DNA from: an uncultured Candidatus Peribacteria bacterium
GTDB taxonomy: Bacteria; Patescibacteriota; Gracilibacteria; Peribacterales; Peribacteraceae
Length of the DNA: 64,000 bases
Direction of reading: 5' to 3'
Assembly (NCBI GenBank): GCA_964601225.1
Contig: CAZRMM010000004.1
Coordinates: forward strand, 12,972-76,971
The notes under the pieces were generated by a model. That model was given only the letters and a program-made list of their open reading frames with translations. It was not told where the DNA came from and did no database searches. Position 1 is the first letter of the stretch. Every line of letters starts with the position of its first letter. The translations under genes and the position numbers were made by a program. Shown here piece by piece: positions 26,283 through 35,020 of the stretch.

Positions 26283-28208
26283 CTACCAGAGAAATCCCGT
26301 CGGCTGCTGGCCGAAACGCAGACGTTCTTCATCGGCATGCTTTCGGGCACTGCGAACGGTCTTCGCAATTCGGTCGGCTTCCGCAGGATATGCGATCACC
26401 AGATACCCCGCAGCATGTTCGAGTTCCTCCACGGTCCTACTGATCGCTATGAAATGCGTATTGCGCTCAATCGCCTCCGCAAAGGCGGTGAAGAGGGCGA
26501 GATACTCGTCTTGGTGTCGCTTGAGATCTGAAAAACGGGAGCGAGCCACCTGGACGCGCAGCAATCCCGACAGGGCATTCAAAATGTTGAAGCGGCCCAT
26601 TTGCCAGGTGCGTTCGTACGCAGCCAGGGCCGCATCCCACTCTTTTTGCGATTCCTGGAGATTGCCGAGAAACAGCCAGCCGCGCGCGTCTTGCGCGTTC
26701 AGCGAGATCGAACGACGGATGCTTGCGCGTGCCTGCTCGGTTTCCTGATGCGACAGATGAATTTCGGCAAGGCTGAGATCGCTGTCCCTCCGGAAAAGCT
26801 GGGGCCATGAACGCGAATACCACGCAAGCGCTGCAACGTCGTCCCCTTGCGCATGCGCACGTCTTGCGAGTGACGATGTCACAAGAAAAATCCCCTCCCA
26901 AAGCGCGAAGACGAGCAGTAACACCGCCGCCGCTTTTTCCAGCCATTTCGTCGAGGCAGCCTTCTTTGTCGTCGCCACGGGGGCAATCGTCGCGAGAATA
27001 ATCCAGAAAGGCAGTGCGATGGCGACAAACTGCAGATTGTAATCAACCAGGGAATGCAGCACCACGCCGAGAACCGACGTGATGGCGAGCGGTTGCCACG
27101 GAAGATTTTCTCCACGCTGCGTGCGGTTGAGCAACCGCCAGGACGCAGAAGCGAGTATTCCCAAAACAAGAACTGAGTAGGCGAGGAGGCTCGGCAGACC
27201 CCGTTCCGCGGCAATTTTGAGAAAAAGGTTATGCGGATGATCGGATGTCGCGAGGACTACCGTCTGATACCGGGGTTGAACGAAACGGAAACTGTACGGG
27301 CCCCACCCGAGAATCGGGCGTTCGCGAATCATTTGAACGGCGGCGTTCCAAAACTCGCGCCTCTCGGAAATAGAAGACGTCCCCTCGGCCGCACTGAACG
27401 TCGCCTTATTCGTAACAGACTCCAGCGAGAAGTGCGACGAGCGAAGCGCATTGCAACCGATGAAAGTGACGATTCCCACGAACAGCGTGAGTCCGGCAAC
27501 CGACAGCCAACGGCCGACCGTTTCTCCTCCAGGCCAGGAGCGCATGCGAATGCTCGTCACCGAGCCGAAAACAGTGAGAATCGCCAGTTGTCCTGCGAAT
27601 GCGAGGATTCCGGCTCTCGAGAAGCTGAGAAAAAGACACCCCAGCATCAGTCCGAGGACCGCGCCAAGTACCACCGGTCTTCGGCGGAGCGCGTAAGCGG
27701 CGCACGGCCAGGCGAGCAATAAGAAGTCGGCCCATGCGTTCGGCCAATAGTCCGTGTGGAAACGCCAATCTAGAAAGGTGCCCACGAAGCGACTGACTGG
27801 CTGGTAGGCGTATATGGCGATTCCGACGATGCACGCAACGGTCGCGACAGCTGTAAGCACTCTGCTGAAACGAAAAGCGAATCCGTCATCCGCAGATCGA
27901 ACCACAAAAAGGAAAACGAAAACGCAGCCTGCGTCTCTTATTATTTCGTCCCAGCCGTAATTAAAGGCAGACGACGTGAATTGACTGAGCACGCCGAGTG
28001 CCAAAAAAGTACAGGCAGATAATACGACCATTCTCCCCGGGCGTTTGCTCGTTTTCGGAGCGAAGGGGAGGAACGATGCAAGGATGGCAAGCATCCATGT
28101 CGTTTCCAGGCTTTTGCCGCCCTTCCAGAGAACAACGAAAGCGGCGAGGAAAAGGATCGCGGACTCACATACTCGCTGCAGCCAAGCTTGATTGATCTTC
28201 ATGGACAC
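26283..28208 (-). CDS. O-antigen ligase/polymerase-like (Wzy_C) polytopic membrane protein with a C-terminal TPR region
   Basis: About 10 TM helices with 'LFLSFSRAGILAF' and 'SDHPHNLFLKIAAERG'. The C-terminus has TPR-like repeats (ALAWYSRSW, GWLFLGNLQESQKEWDAALAAYERTW). Confidence 0.7.
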   Translation of the reverse strand: MSMKINQAWLQRVCESAILFLAAFVVLWKGGKSLETTWMLAILASFLPFAPKTSKRPGRMVVLSACTFLALGVLSQFTSSAFNYGWDEIIRDAGCVFVFLFVVRSADDGFAFRFSRVLTAVATVACIVGIAIYAYQPVSRFVGTFLDWRFHTDYWPNAWADFLLLAWPCAAYALRRRPVVLGAVLGLMLGCLFLSFSRAGILAFAGQLAILTVFGSVTSIRMRSWPGGETVGRWLSVAGLTLFVGIVTFIGCNALRSSHFSLESVTNKATFSAAEGTSSISERREFWNAAVQMIRERPILGWGPYSFRFVQPRYQTVVLATSDHPHNLFLKIAAERGLPSLLAYSVLVLGILASASWRLLNRTQRGENLPWQPLAITSVLGVVLHSLVDYNLQFVAIALPFWIILATIAPVATTKKAASTKWLEKAAAVLLLVFALWEGIFLVTSSLARRAHAQGDDVAALAWYSRSWPQLFRRDSDLSLAEIHLSHQETEQARASIRRSISLNAQDARGWLFLGNLQESQKEWDAALAAYERTWQMGRFNILNALSGLLRVQVARSRFSDLKRHQDEYLALFTAFAEAIERNTHFIAISRTVEELEHAAGYLVIAYPAEADRIAKTVRSARKHADEERLRFGQQPTGFLW

Positions 28209-28238
28209 AGGATGACCGCTCGCGATTCGGTTGTGAAG

Positions 28239-29111
28239 TCAGTACAGCTTTATCGCCACAATGCCTCCGAAAATCACGCCCATGGACAGCCACTGCCCAT
28301 GAGAAAGTTTTTCTCCGTAAAAAACACGGGCGAGGAAAGCGACGGTCACGAGTGACAAGGTTGAAATTGTGCTGAGGACAGGAAGAGGACCGGTGCGGGC
28401 GGCTAGCGAAAAAAGTCCGGTGCCGAAAAGTGTCGGCAGGGCAAACAGGGCAATGCGCGCGAAATCGGTCCCGGTGACGCGCTGAATGCCTTTTCCGCCT
28501 GCGGCACGCCTTATTATAAGAAGAACGCCCGACGCTCCCGCGAAGCTCACCTCCCAAACGTATGTGGTTACCAAGGGGTTTGCCGTGCGACTGACGGAAG
28601 CAAGGACGATGCGGGTTGTCACAAAAAATACGCTGGCGAACAAACAGAGCAGAAATCCGCCGATCGTAGCCGTCTTCTGCTCCCGGTGAGACATGCGCTG
28701 CAGCCCAAGAAGCAGACAGCCGAGCGACGTAATCGCGATACAGGTCACAATGGGACCCCTTACTTCGTCTCCGAGAAACAGAGAACTCATGAATACCGTC
28801 AGGGTCGAGGAACAGGAGGCGGTGAATGCGGATGTGACGCCCACGCTGAGGCGTCGAAGTGCCGCAAAGGAAAGCGTCTGGGCAACGGCTCCCGCCACTG
28901 CCGACACGAGCAGAAGCGGCCACTGGAAACGAAATGCCAAGAGATCATGGCGCGTGGCCATAAAAAGAAGAGGCGACAAAGTCACGATGAACGAGGCATT
29001 CCGATAGAAAGAGAGACTGAGACCGTCCATTGAGCGCGCAAAACGCACCAGCAAAGTGTTCTGCAGTGCGTACGCGAACATCGAGCCGAATCCGAGCACA
29101 AAGAATGCCAC
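28239..29111 (-). CDS. DMT/EamA-family transporter
   Basis: 10-TM hydrophobic profile with duplicated EamA-like halves. The start is uncertain: GTG at 29111 (3 nt after the upstream stop) or ATG at 29081. Confidence 0.65.
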   Translation of the reverse strand: MAFFVLGFGSMFAYALQNTLLVRFARSMDGLSLSFYRNASFIVTLSPLLFMATRHDLLAFRFQWPLLLVSAVAGAVAQTLSFAALRRLSVGVTSAFTASCSSTLTVFMSSLFLGDEVRGPIVTCIAITSLGCLLLGLQRMSHREQKTATIGGFLLCLFASVFFVTTRIVLASVSRTANPLVTTYVWEVSFAGASGVLLIIRRAAGGKGIQRVTGTDFARIALFALPTLFGTGLFSLAARTGPLPVLSTISTLSLVTVAFLARVFYGEKLSHGQWLSMGVIFGGIVAIKLY

Positions 29112-29113
29112 CT

Positions 29114-29737
29114 CTAGAATGTGATCGGCCCACCGGCTTCTTGCCACTGTCGTATGGCAGCAAACGGGTGAACGAGCATGAGAATATTTAAAGTGAGGTT
29201 GTCGCGAATTGTAAAAAGCATAAGGATTTCCAGAGCGATGAAGGCGGCTACCGACCACTTCCACGGAACTCGCGCGGCGAACCAGAAACCGAATATCGCC
29301 GACGCGACGTCTCCGACTGAGTTGAGAACACTGTCTCCGAAGTATTGAAGAGAGGCCGTGGCCGTCCGGTAGCGCCCGATGACGAAGGGGGTGTTCTCAA
29401 AAACCTCCCAGCACACCTCCAAAAAAACGGCCGCAACGAGGCGATATCGCAGTGGCATCTTTTTCGCGACGACGCCGAGAAACCAGTAAAACAGCAAACC
29501 ATGCAGCGCATGGGAAAACGAGTACGGATCGGCGAAGTTTTGGGAAGTACTGCTGCTCCACGCTTCGCTTGTCCATAGGTGAAAACCGCAGGAGCACCAA
29601 GGCATTCGCCCCATAAGGCTTAGTAGGAGGACATGAAGTACCCCCACGGCGCAGATTGCGATCGCGGTACCGCGGCCGAACAGAGGCCCCCGTTCTTCTC
29701 CTGCCGGAAACCGCAGCGTGTTCCTGTTTTTGAACAT
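29114..29737 (-). CDS. DUF2585 (UPF0314) family membrane protein
   Basis: 'MGRMPWCSCGFHLWTSEAWSSSTSQNFADPYSFSHALHGLLFYW' and 'EVFENTPFVIGRYR' match my recollection of UPF0314 proteins. Confidence 0.6.
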   Translation of the reverse strand: MFKNRNTLRFPAGEERGPLFGRGTAIAICAVGVLHVLLLSLMGRMPWCSCGFHLWTSEAWSSSTSQNFADPYSFSHALHGLLFYWFLGVVAKKMPLRYRLVAAVFLEVCWEVFENTPFVIGRYRTATASLQYFGDSVLNSVGDVASAIFGFWFAARVPWKWSVAAFIALEILMLFTIRDNLTLNILMLVHPFAAIRQWQEAGGPITF

Positions 29738-29812
29738 GTATAGATGCTACGCCCGAGCGAAACGGTGCGCCACGGCGTTGCAGCGACAGGCTCGTCGGCG
29801 CAGAATCGAGTC

Positions 29813-30202
29813 ATGAAGTACCAGGATCTTTCTCCGGAAGAAGAACGAATCATCGTGGGAAAGGGAACGGAATCGCCTTATGTGAACGAGTACGACAATT
29901 TTTTCAAACCGGGAACGTATGTTTGCCGACGCTGCCTTTCGCCTCTTTACAGCTCAGAGGCGAAATTCCACTCCGGCTGCGGGTGGCCCAGCTTTGACGA
30001 TATTGTCGCAGGTTCCGTAAGGCGCTTGCCCGACGCGGACGGATCCAGGACAGAGATCCAGTGCGCAGCGTGCGGCGGGCACTTGGGACATGTGTTTGAA
30101 GGAGAGGGTTTTACGAAAAAAGACACGCGGCATTGCGTGAACTCGCTTTCAATCAAATTCGTGCCGGCCGCGGAAACGTTACGGGAACAACAATCGGAAT
30201 AA
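29813..30202 (+). CDS. msrB: peptide-methionine (R)-S-oxide reductase
   Basis: 'CRRCLSPLY', 'GCGWPSF', 'RTEIQCAACGGHLGHVFEGEG', 'RHCVNS'. The ATG at 29813 is preferred. Confidence 0.9.
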   Translation: MKYQDLSPEEERIIVGKGTESPYVNEYDNFFKPGTYVCRRCLSPLYSSEAKFHSGCGWPSFDDIVAGSVRRLPDADGSRTEIQCAACGGHLGHVFEGEGFTKKDTRHCVNSLSIKFVPAAETLREQQSE

Positions 30203-30838
30203 TTCGAGTGCTTCGGTGAGCGAGCGACGCACGTATGCCGCACGCAGCACAATTTCGTCGTTCGGTTCGACGAGGTCCGGAACGAGCAGCACTTTCGAGC
30301 CGGCTGCGTGCGCGGAGAGTACTCCATTGGGCGAGTCTTCGACTGCCAGCGTCTGCGACGGATCGATGCCGAGCTCGCCGGCGGCGCGGATGAAAATTTC
30401 GGGATGAGGCTTCCCGAGAGAGACCTGATCTCCTCCGACGAACGCGGTGAAGTATTCGTCAATCCCTGCCAGTTGAAGATGTTCGCGGACGTGCGCGATG
30501 TTGCTCGAACTCGCGACGACCATCGGAATTTGTTTTTCTCGAAGATAGCTCAGCGAATCGACGACGCCTTCTTTAAGAGGGATTCCTTCTCGAATCCGTT
30601 TCAGAAAAAGATCGTTTTTCTGCGTTCGGTGATGACGGATGTCAAATCCATCTCCCAGCTCCTTTCGGAGAATTTCATCCGTGTCGACGCGGTTTCTGCC
30701 GACGGTTTTTAAAAAGATCCTTCTTGCGTCTGTGATGCCGCTGTCTCGGCAAACGCTGTCCCAACATTCCAAATGCAATTGCTCCGTGCCCAAAAGGGTT
30801 CCGTCCATGTCCCAAAGAACGGCAGATAGATTCTCCAT
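30179..30838 (-). CDS. HAD-IA hydrolase (beta-phosphoglucomutase-like)
   Basis: 'VLWDMDGTLL' (DxDGT), 'VVASSS', 'GKPHPEIF', 'LAVEDSPNGV'. Confidence 0.8.
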   Translation of the reverse strand: MENLSAVLWDMDGTLLGTEQLHLECWDSVCRDSGITDARRIFLKTVGRNRVDTDEILRKELGDGFDIRHHRTQKNDLFLKRIREGIPLKEGVVDSLSYLREKQIPMVVASSSNIAHVREHLQLAGIDEYFTAFVGGDQVSLGKPHPEIFIRAAGELGIDPSQTLAVEDSPNGVLSAHAAGSKVLLVPDLVEPNDEIVLRAAYVRRSLTEALELFRLLFP

Positions 30839-30839
30839 A

Positions 30840-31472
30840 TCACGACGCGGAGCACAACGGCGCCGGATCGGAAGTCACCTCCGTCCCGTAGTGGACGGTA
30901 AGATAGTAACGGCCCTGCGTAGGACTCAGTGCCACGCCGATGCCGATCTGCGTGAATTGAGGATTCACCAGGCTCCGATAGTGAGCGCCGTTGCTTCCCT
31001 TCTCGGAAAGGAAGAAATCGAATGTCGAGCGCGTGGCGTCGATGAGCGGCCCGGTGCAGTCGCTTTCCGGACAGCGGAACGGTCCCCATCCGATATTTTC
31101 GGTAAACGTTTTGCCACCCACGTTTGCGAACTCGAGCCCCTTGCCGGCGAACCACTTCTCGATCGCGCCGTAGTCGTAGTACGCGGCCTTCGGAGAGCGG
31201 CGATGGTCGATCGTTCCCCGGAGGACGGAGAACGTCGACCAATTGGAGGCAGTTGCATTGAGATACTCGTTGATGACGTACGGCCTGAGGCCCATCGTGG
31301 CACGCAGACCGTTGATCCAAGCGAGCCAGGCGGAACGAAGCGAATCCACGTCGACGCGCTCACTATTCTGCTGATTGATGCGTAAGCAAGTCTGCGCGTC
31401 CTTTGCATGGACAACATTAAAGAAACAAATACCCAGTGCACACAGCGATGCAAAAACAAGTCGAGTCCTCAC
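30840..31472 (-). CDS. CAP/SCP (PR-1-like) domain secreted protein
   Basis: Signal peptide, then 'HRRSPKAAYYDYGAIEKWF', 'ENIGWG', 'AHYRSLVNPQFTQIGIGVAL'. The start is GTG. Confidence 0.65.
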   Translation of the reverse strand: MRTRLVFASLCALGICFFNVVHAKDAQTCLRINQQNSERVDVDSLRSAWLAWINGLRATMGLRPYVINEYLNATASNWSTFSVLRGTIDHRRSPKAAYYDYGAIEKWFAGKGLEFANVGGKTFTENIGWGPFRCPESDCTGPLIDATRSTFDFFLSEKGSNGAHYRSLVNPQFTQIGIGVALSPTQGRYYLTVHYGTEVTSDPAPLCSAS

Positions 31473-31556
31473 CCTAGAATGCTAGAGCAGTTTCGCTTCG
31501 CTTCATACGCATTTTAAAATAAATTTTGACAAAAAATCTTTGCAAACGCACGGGTG

Positions 31557-31565
31557 TGTTATGAT
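31557..31565 (+). promoter_or_regulatory. putative extended -10 element (TGTTATGAT) upstream of the gcl-like gene
   Basis: TGnTATGAT lies 35 nt before the ATG at 31601 in an AT-rich intergenic region. TTTGCA lies 15 nt upstream. Confidence 0.3.
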
Positions 31566-31600
31566 GACGTTGGTACTAGGTATTTATCTAGTCTCACCCG

Positions 31601-32953
31601 ATGCCCATTATGCCTTTACGATGGACACTCGATACACTCGTAGACACATACATCGCAAAAAGTCAGGAAAACGTATCCTCAATTGGCATTGAGTGGGAAC
31701 GATCCGGTGTATATCGCGATACTGGTAAGGCCGTCGAATACCTGGGTACGAACGGGTACTTGGCCATACTGGAAAAACTTGTTGAGGAGCTGGGATGGGA
31801 AGTGCTTCAGTACGAGGAAGGCTGCGGCATACTTGAACTACGTCGAGGCATTACCCGCATCAATATCGAGGGTGATGGTCGTCCGGAACTTTCGGGTTCC
31901 CCGCAGCAAAGCATCCATGATCTTGCGCGTGAGCTTCGCATCCACATTAATGAAATACGTGAAATCGGAAATATTTTCGGCATTGGATGGGTACCAACAG
32001 GTCTTCAGCCATTACACTCGGATGCGGAAATTCCATTTGCCCCCCGCGAACGTTATAAAATATTTCAGAAAATTGGGAACCAGAGCATTATGGAAATGTA
32101 CACCAAAAGAACAAACGGACTCACGGTAAACGTTGGTTATAAAGATGAGGAGTCCGCCGTGAGAATGGCCCAAACGGCTTTCCGCGTATTGCCCATAGTA
32201 AGCGCTATGTTTTCCAGCAGTCCGCTCGACTGTGGAAAGCCGGGCAAATATCTGGACATGAGGCGTTGGTGCGTTCAGTCATATGCACCCGAAAGGACCG
32301 GAATTCCTGAAAACATACTAGACCCCGATTTTTGCTTGCATTCATGGGTCAATTTTTTTGCAAATCACGACGTTATCCTCACGAAGAGGGATGCCATTAC
32401 CAGGGCTGTGGACTCGAAAATTAGCTTTGTTGATTGGATGAAAAGAGGCCTGGACGTTGGGTTTCCTAGCATGGAGGATTTTGACGTTCATGTAAAAACA
32501 ACATGGTCCGATTTACGGCTAAGACCGGCCTACCTTGAGTACAGAGCAGCTGATAGCGTGCCATTTCGTTATGCGCTAGCACTTCCAGCTTTGATGAAAG
32601 GTTTACTACTTGATTCGAAAAACTGGGATATCGTCGAAGAGATGACGCAGGAGTGTAGCTATGACGATATAGTTGCTGCTGATCGAAAGGCATGGGAAAT
32701 CGGATTGAAGGCAAAACTAAAGGGGAGGACCTTGCTTTCGTATGCACAAGACCTACTAAAGATCTCAAATGACTCGCTTCATTCTTTTAAGGTTTTTGAT
32801 GGAAATGGAAACGACGAGTCAATTTTCCTTGCGCCCCTGAAAGAACAAATTTTTATTCGTGAAAAAACAATGGCCGAAGAAATTCTTAATCTCTGGGAAA
32901 CTGAGTGGTCAAGAAATTACGCGAATCTCCTCCGATGGTGCTCAGAGAAATAA
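31601..32953 (+). CDS. gshA: glutamate--cysteine ligase, plant/alpha-proteobacterial type (GCS2 family)
   Basis: 'IGIEWERSG', 'INIEGDGRPELSGSPQQSIHDLARELRIHINEI' (compare plant GSH1 'ISLEPGGQFELSGAP..'), 'RYKIFQKIG', 'RTNGLTVNVGY', 'LPIVSAMFSSSP'. 450 aa. Confidence 0.7.
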   Translation: MPIMPLRWTLDTLVDTYIAKSQENVSSIGIEWERSGVYRDTGKAVEYLGTNGYLAILEKLVEELGWEVLQYEEGCGILELRRGITRINIEGDGRPELSGSPQQSIHDLARELRIHINEIREIGNIFGIGWVPTGLQPLHSDAEIPFAPRERYKIFQKIGNQSIMEMYTKRTNGLTVNVGYKDEESAVRMAQTAFRVLPIVSAMFSSSPLDCGKPGKYLDMRRWCVQSYAPERTGIPENILDPDFCLHSWVNFFANHDVILTKRDAITRAVDSKISFVDWMKRGLDVGFPSMEDFDVHVKTTWSDLRLRPAYLEYRAADSVPFRYALALPALMKGLLLDSKNWDIVEEMTQECSYDDIVAADRKAWEIGLKAKLKGRTLLSYAQDLLKISNDSLHSFKVFDGNGNDESIFLAPLKEQIFIREKTMAEEILNLWETEWSRNYANLLRWCSEK

Positions 32954-33067
32954 ATGTAACAAAGCCTGGTAATGCCTGATAACTTCACTGTTTTTCATGA
33001 AAATTTCATATCAATCAGACGAATGAACGAACAAAGGCGCATGGGACAATACGTCACAGCGTCTTCG

Positions 33068-34063
33068 TTACGATTTCCGTTCTCCGGCCAGATCGGGAAG
33101 GCAATAAACGTGCTTAAGCAAAACTGCTCGGGGATCGCGGATTCCCGCAAGCGCGTCAAACTGATCGGCGACGATACTCGCGACAACGTTGCTGAACGGC
33201 GGGTCCGGTGAGTCTGCCGGAGTTTTGACGGCGAAGTTGTGCTGGATGCCGAGATGCCGTGCCAACTCGCCGGCGAAGACATCACGTAAATCGAGCCAGG
33301 ACGGCAAAACGTTGGGCGCAAGACGCATGGCGGAAGCTATGCGGCTTCCGGTGTAAAAGAACCGCGTTTCATGGCCGCGTCCGAACTGCTCGCGATAATG
33401 GTTTCCCAGCATTCTGGCGAGAGCCTTCGCTTCCGAAGTAAGTTCTTCGTGCGCCTCTTTGTCACCGGCAAGAGCTTTTTCGTAAAGAACTCGGAGCCGC
33501 GCGCAATATTTTCTATCTTCACCTTTCAGTGGCGGGGCTTCCGTACCGTCGCCCATACTCCTGTCGACAAACAACCTCGTTTCCAGGCTGATGCCGCCGC
33601 TCCTGCCGGAACGAACAGGGTCGAAGGCCGACATCGTAATTTCCGCGAGTGTGGGCACATCCATTATGTTTTTGTTTTTCTTGTCGGAGAATGGCGGATC
33701 GTTGATGCCCATCACAAAGCTACGGGGACCCTGCAGCAAGGAAGCGTACTCGGCTCGAAGATCGTCACTAATTTGTCTGACACCCAAAACTTCGCGAGTG
33801 AACCCGAGGACGACCGGCACGTCGAGCGGGCGGCTCGTCGTAGTTTTCGCCTGCTCCCTAAGAAGAGAGTCGACCACCAGGAGAAATTTTGCGAACGCAG
33901 CCTTCGTGCTGCCGCTTTCCCGGGGATCGAACTCCGTCGCGGAAGTCGAGGAAAGCTCGATGCCTTCCTTCGACGATCCACGCACGGTACTGACGGAAAA
34001 CAAATGCGAATCCTTCTTCCCATACATGGCCGCGGCAACGCCGTGCAATATCGGCATGTGCAC
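33068..34063 (-). CDS. hypothetical protein (331 aa)
   Basis: A long ORF with normal composition. I recognised no motif. Confidence 0.45.
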   Translation of the reverse strand: MHMPILHGVAAAMYGKKDSHLFSVSTVRGSSKEGIELSSTSATEFDPRESGSTKAAFAKFLLVVDSLLREQAKTTTSRPLDVPVVLGFTREVLGVRQISDDLRAEYASLLQGPRSFVMGINDPPFSDKKNKNIMDVPTLAEITMSAFDPVRSGRSGGISLETRLFVDRSMGDGTEAPPLKGEDRKYCARLRVLYEKALAGDKEAHEELTSEAKALARMLGNHYREQFGRGHETRFFYTGSRIASAMRLAPNVLPSWLDLRDVFAGELARHLGIQHNFAVKTPADSPDPPFSNVVASIVADQFDALAGIRDPRAVLLKHVYCLPDLAGERKS

Positions 34064-34093
34064 AGAGTAAAATAACTTTAACGTGCGTCAATA

Positions 34094-34603
34094 TCAGATC
34101 TTTCGGCTGTCGTACGCCCAATGGAGCACGGCCTGCCTTTGGCGACGTCGGCAGGAGACGTCTCCCCTCTCGCAATTGCGGACGATCTGGACGATGTGAC
34201 GCTTGATTGCGAGCCATCGCTTGACCTGCCGCTCGTCTTCTCCGGGCATCCTGCGTCCGCGGTAGTACCGGCAGTACCACTGGAACCAACCTCGCGGATC
34301 CGCGGGATGGATCCATCCTTTCTTGCGCCAGACGGAGAGCGGCTGGCTCGCGTTGACGCCGAAGCAGTTAAGCGCGGGATCGTGCCGCTCGGGACAGAGC
34401 TTGGCGCGCGCGTACCAGTCGGCCGGGAATTCCTTCCGGCAATCCGTCATGTACTTCCCGCCGAAGACCCCGAGCGCGAGCATTTCTTTCGGCGTGAGAT
34501 CGGGCGCGAAGCGCGGATCGAAGTTCTTCCCCTCGGGTTCCGTCAGGAAATAGATGTATCCCTTCTGCATCTTGTCGTTGACGGTGATCTTCACGGCTCG
34601 CAT
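34094..34603 (-). CDS. conserved-looking hypothetical protein (169 aa), Cys/Trp/Arg-rich
   Basis: Distinctive 'FGGKYMTDCRKEFPADWY' and 'DPRGWFQWYCRYYRGRRMPGEDERQVKRW' segments. I cannot place the family. Confidence 0.5.
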   Translation of the reverse strand: MRAVKITVNDKMQKGYIYFLTEPEGKNFDPRFAPDLTPKEMLALGVFGGKYMTDCRKEFPADWYARAKLCPERHDPALNCFGVNASQPLSVWRKKGWIHPADPRGWFQWYCRYYRGRRMPGEDERQVKRWLAIKRHIVQIVRNCERGDVSCRRRQRQAVLHWAYDSRKI

Positions 34604-34692
34604 TTAGGACAGTCTACAGGAGTTCCAAGGCCTTCCGCTCCCCTTCTCCCTGCCGTACACTCTCCGCGCGATCTTTTCTCCTTTCATTCATT

Positions 34693-34717
34693 GCCGACGT
34701 GGCGGAATTGGTAGACG
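34693..34717 (+). repeat. orphan 25-nt copy of the 5' end (acceptor 5' strand plus D-arm) of tRNA-Leu(CAG)
   Basis: GCCGACGTGGCGGAATTGGTAGACG is identical to 34797..34821. The sequence after it has no anticodon or T arm. Confidence 0.85.
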
Positions 34718-34796
34718 TCCTTCGTTGGCACTCAGGATAAACTGCGCTACTCCTGCGAAAAGTCATCTCTGTTGTTCTTTAGTACATCGTACGTAT

Positions 34797-34882
34797 GCCG
34801 ACGTGGCGGAATTGGTAGACGCGCACGCTTCAGGAGCGTGTATCCCCTGGATGTGAGAGTTCGAGTCTCTCCGTCGGCACCA
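34797..34882 (+). tRNA. tRNA-Leu (anticodon CAG), CCA encoded
   Basis: Acceptor GCCGACG/CGTCGGC, anticodon arm CACGC-TTCAGGA-GCGTG, long variable arm, T-arm GAGAGTTCGAGTCTCTC. Confidence 0.9.
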
Positions 34883-34985
34883 CCTCGCGACAAGCTCAGC
34901 GCGAGAATTTGTTCACCAGCAATCCTCTGTGCATGACGAGAAGTTTACCCTAAGCAAGCGAGCCGAATGGCGAGCGCGACGAAGG

Positions 34986-35005
34986 GAGTCTCTCCGTCGG
35001 CACCA
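34986..35005 (+). repeat. orphan 20-nt copy of the 3' end (T-loop half, T-stem, acceptor 3' strand, CCA) of tRNA-Leu(CAG)
   Basis: GAGTCTCTCCGTCGGCACCA is identical to 34863..34882 and lies 103 nt downstream of the intact tRNA. Confidence 0.85.
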
Positions 35006-35020
35006 TAAAGGCATCAATGG

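Noticed and set aside
32992-33003. A perfect 12-nt palindrome TTTTCATGAAAA (with an overlapping near-palindrome ATGAAAATTTCAT) between the convergent gcl-like and 331-aa genes.
   Set aside because: It is a single short AT-rich palindrome in AT-rich DNA. It has no loop for a terminator and no second copy that I could see, so it is probably chance.
34718-34796. A second, divergent tRNA (or an intron-containing tRNA-Leu) starting at the 5' fragment 34693.
   Set aside because: The downstream sequence has no anticodon-stem complement and no GTTCGA-type T-arm before the intact tRNA begins. Joining the 5' and 3' fragments would give a 45-nt product lacking an anticodon arm.
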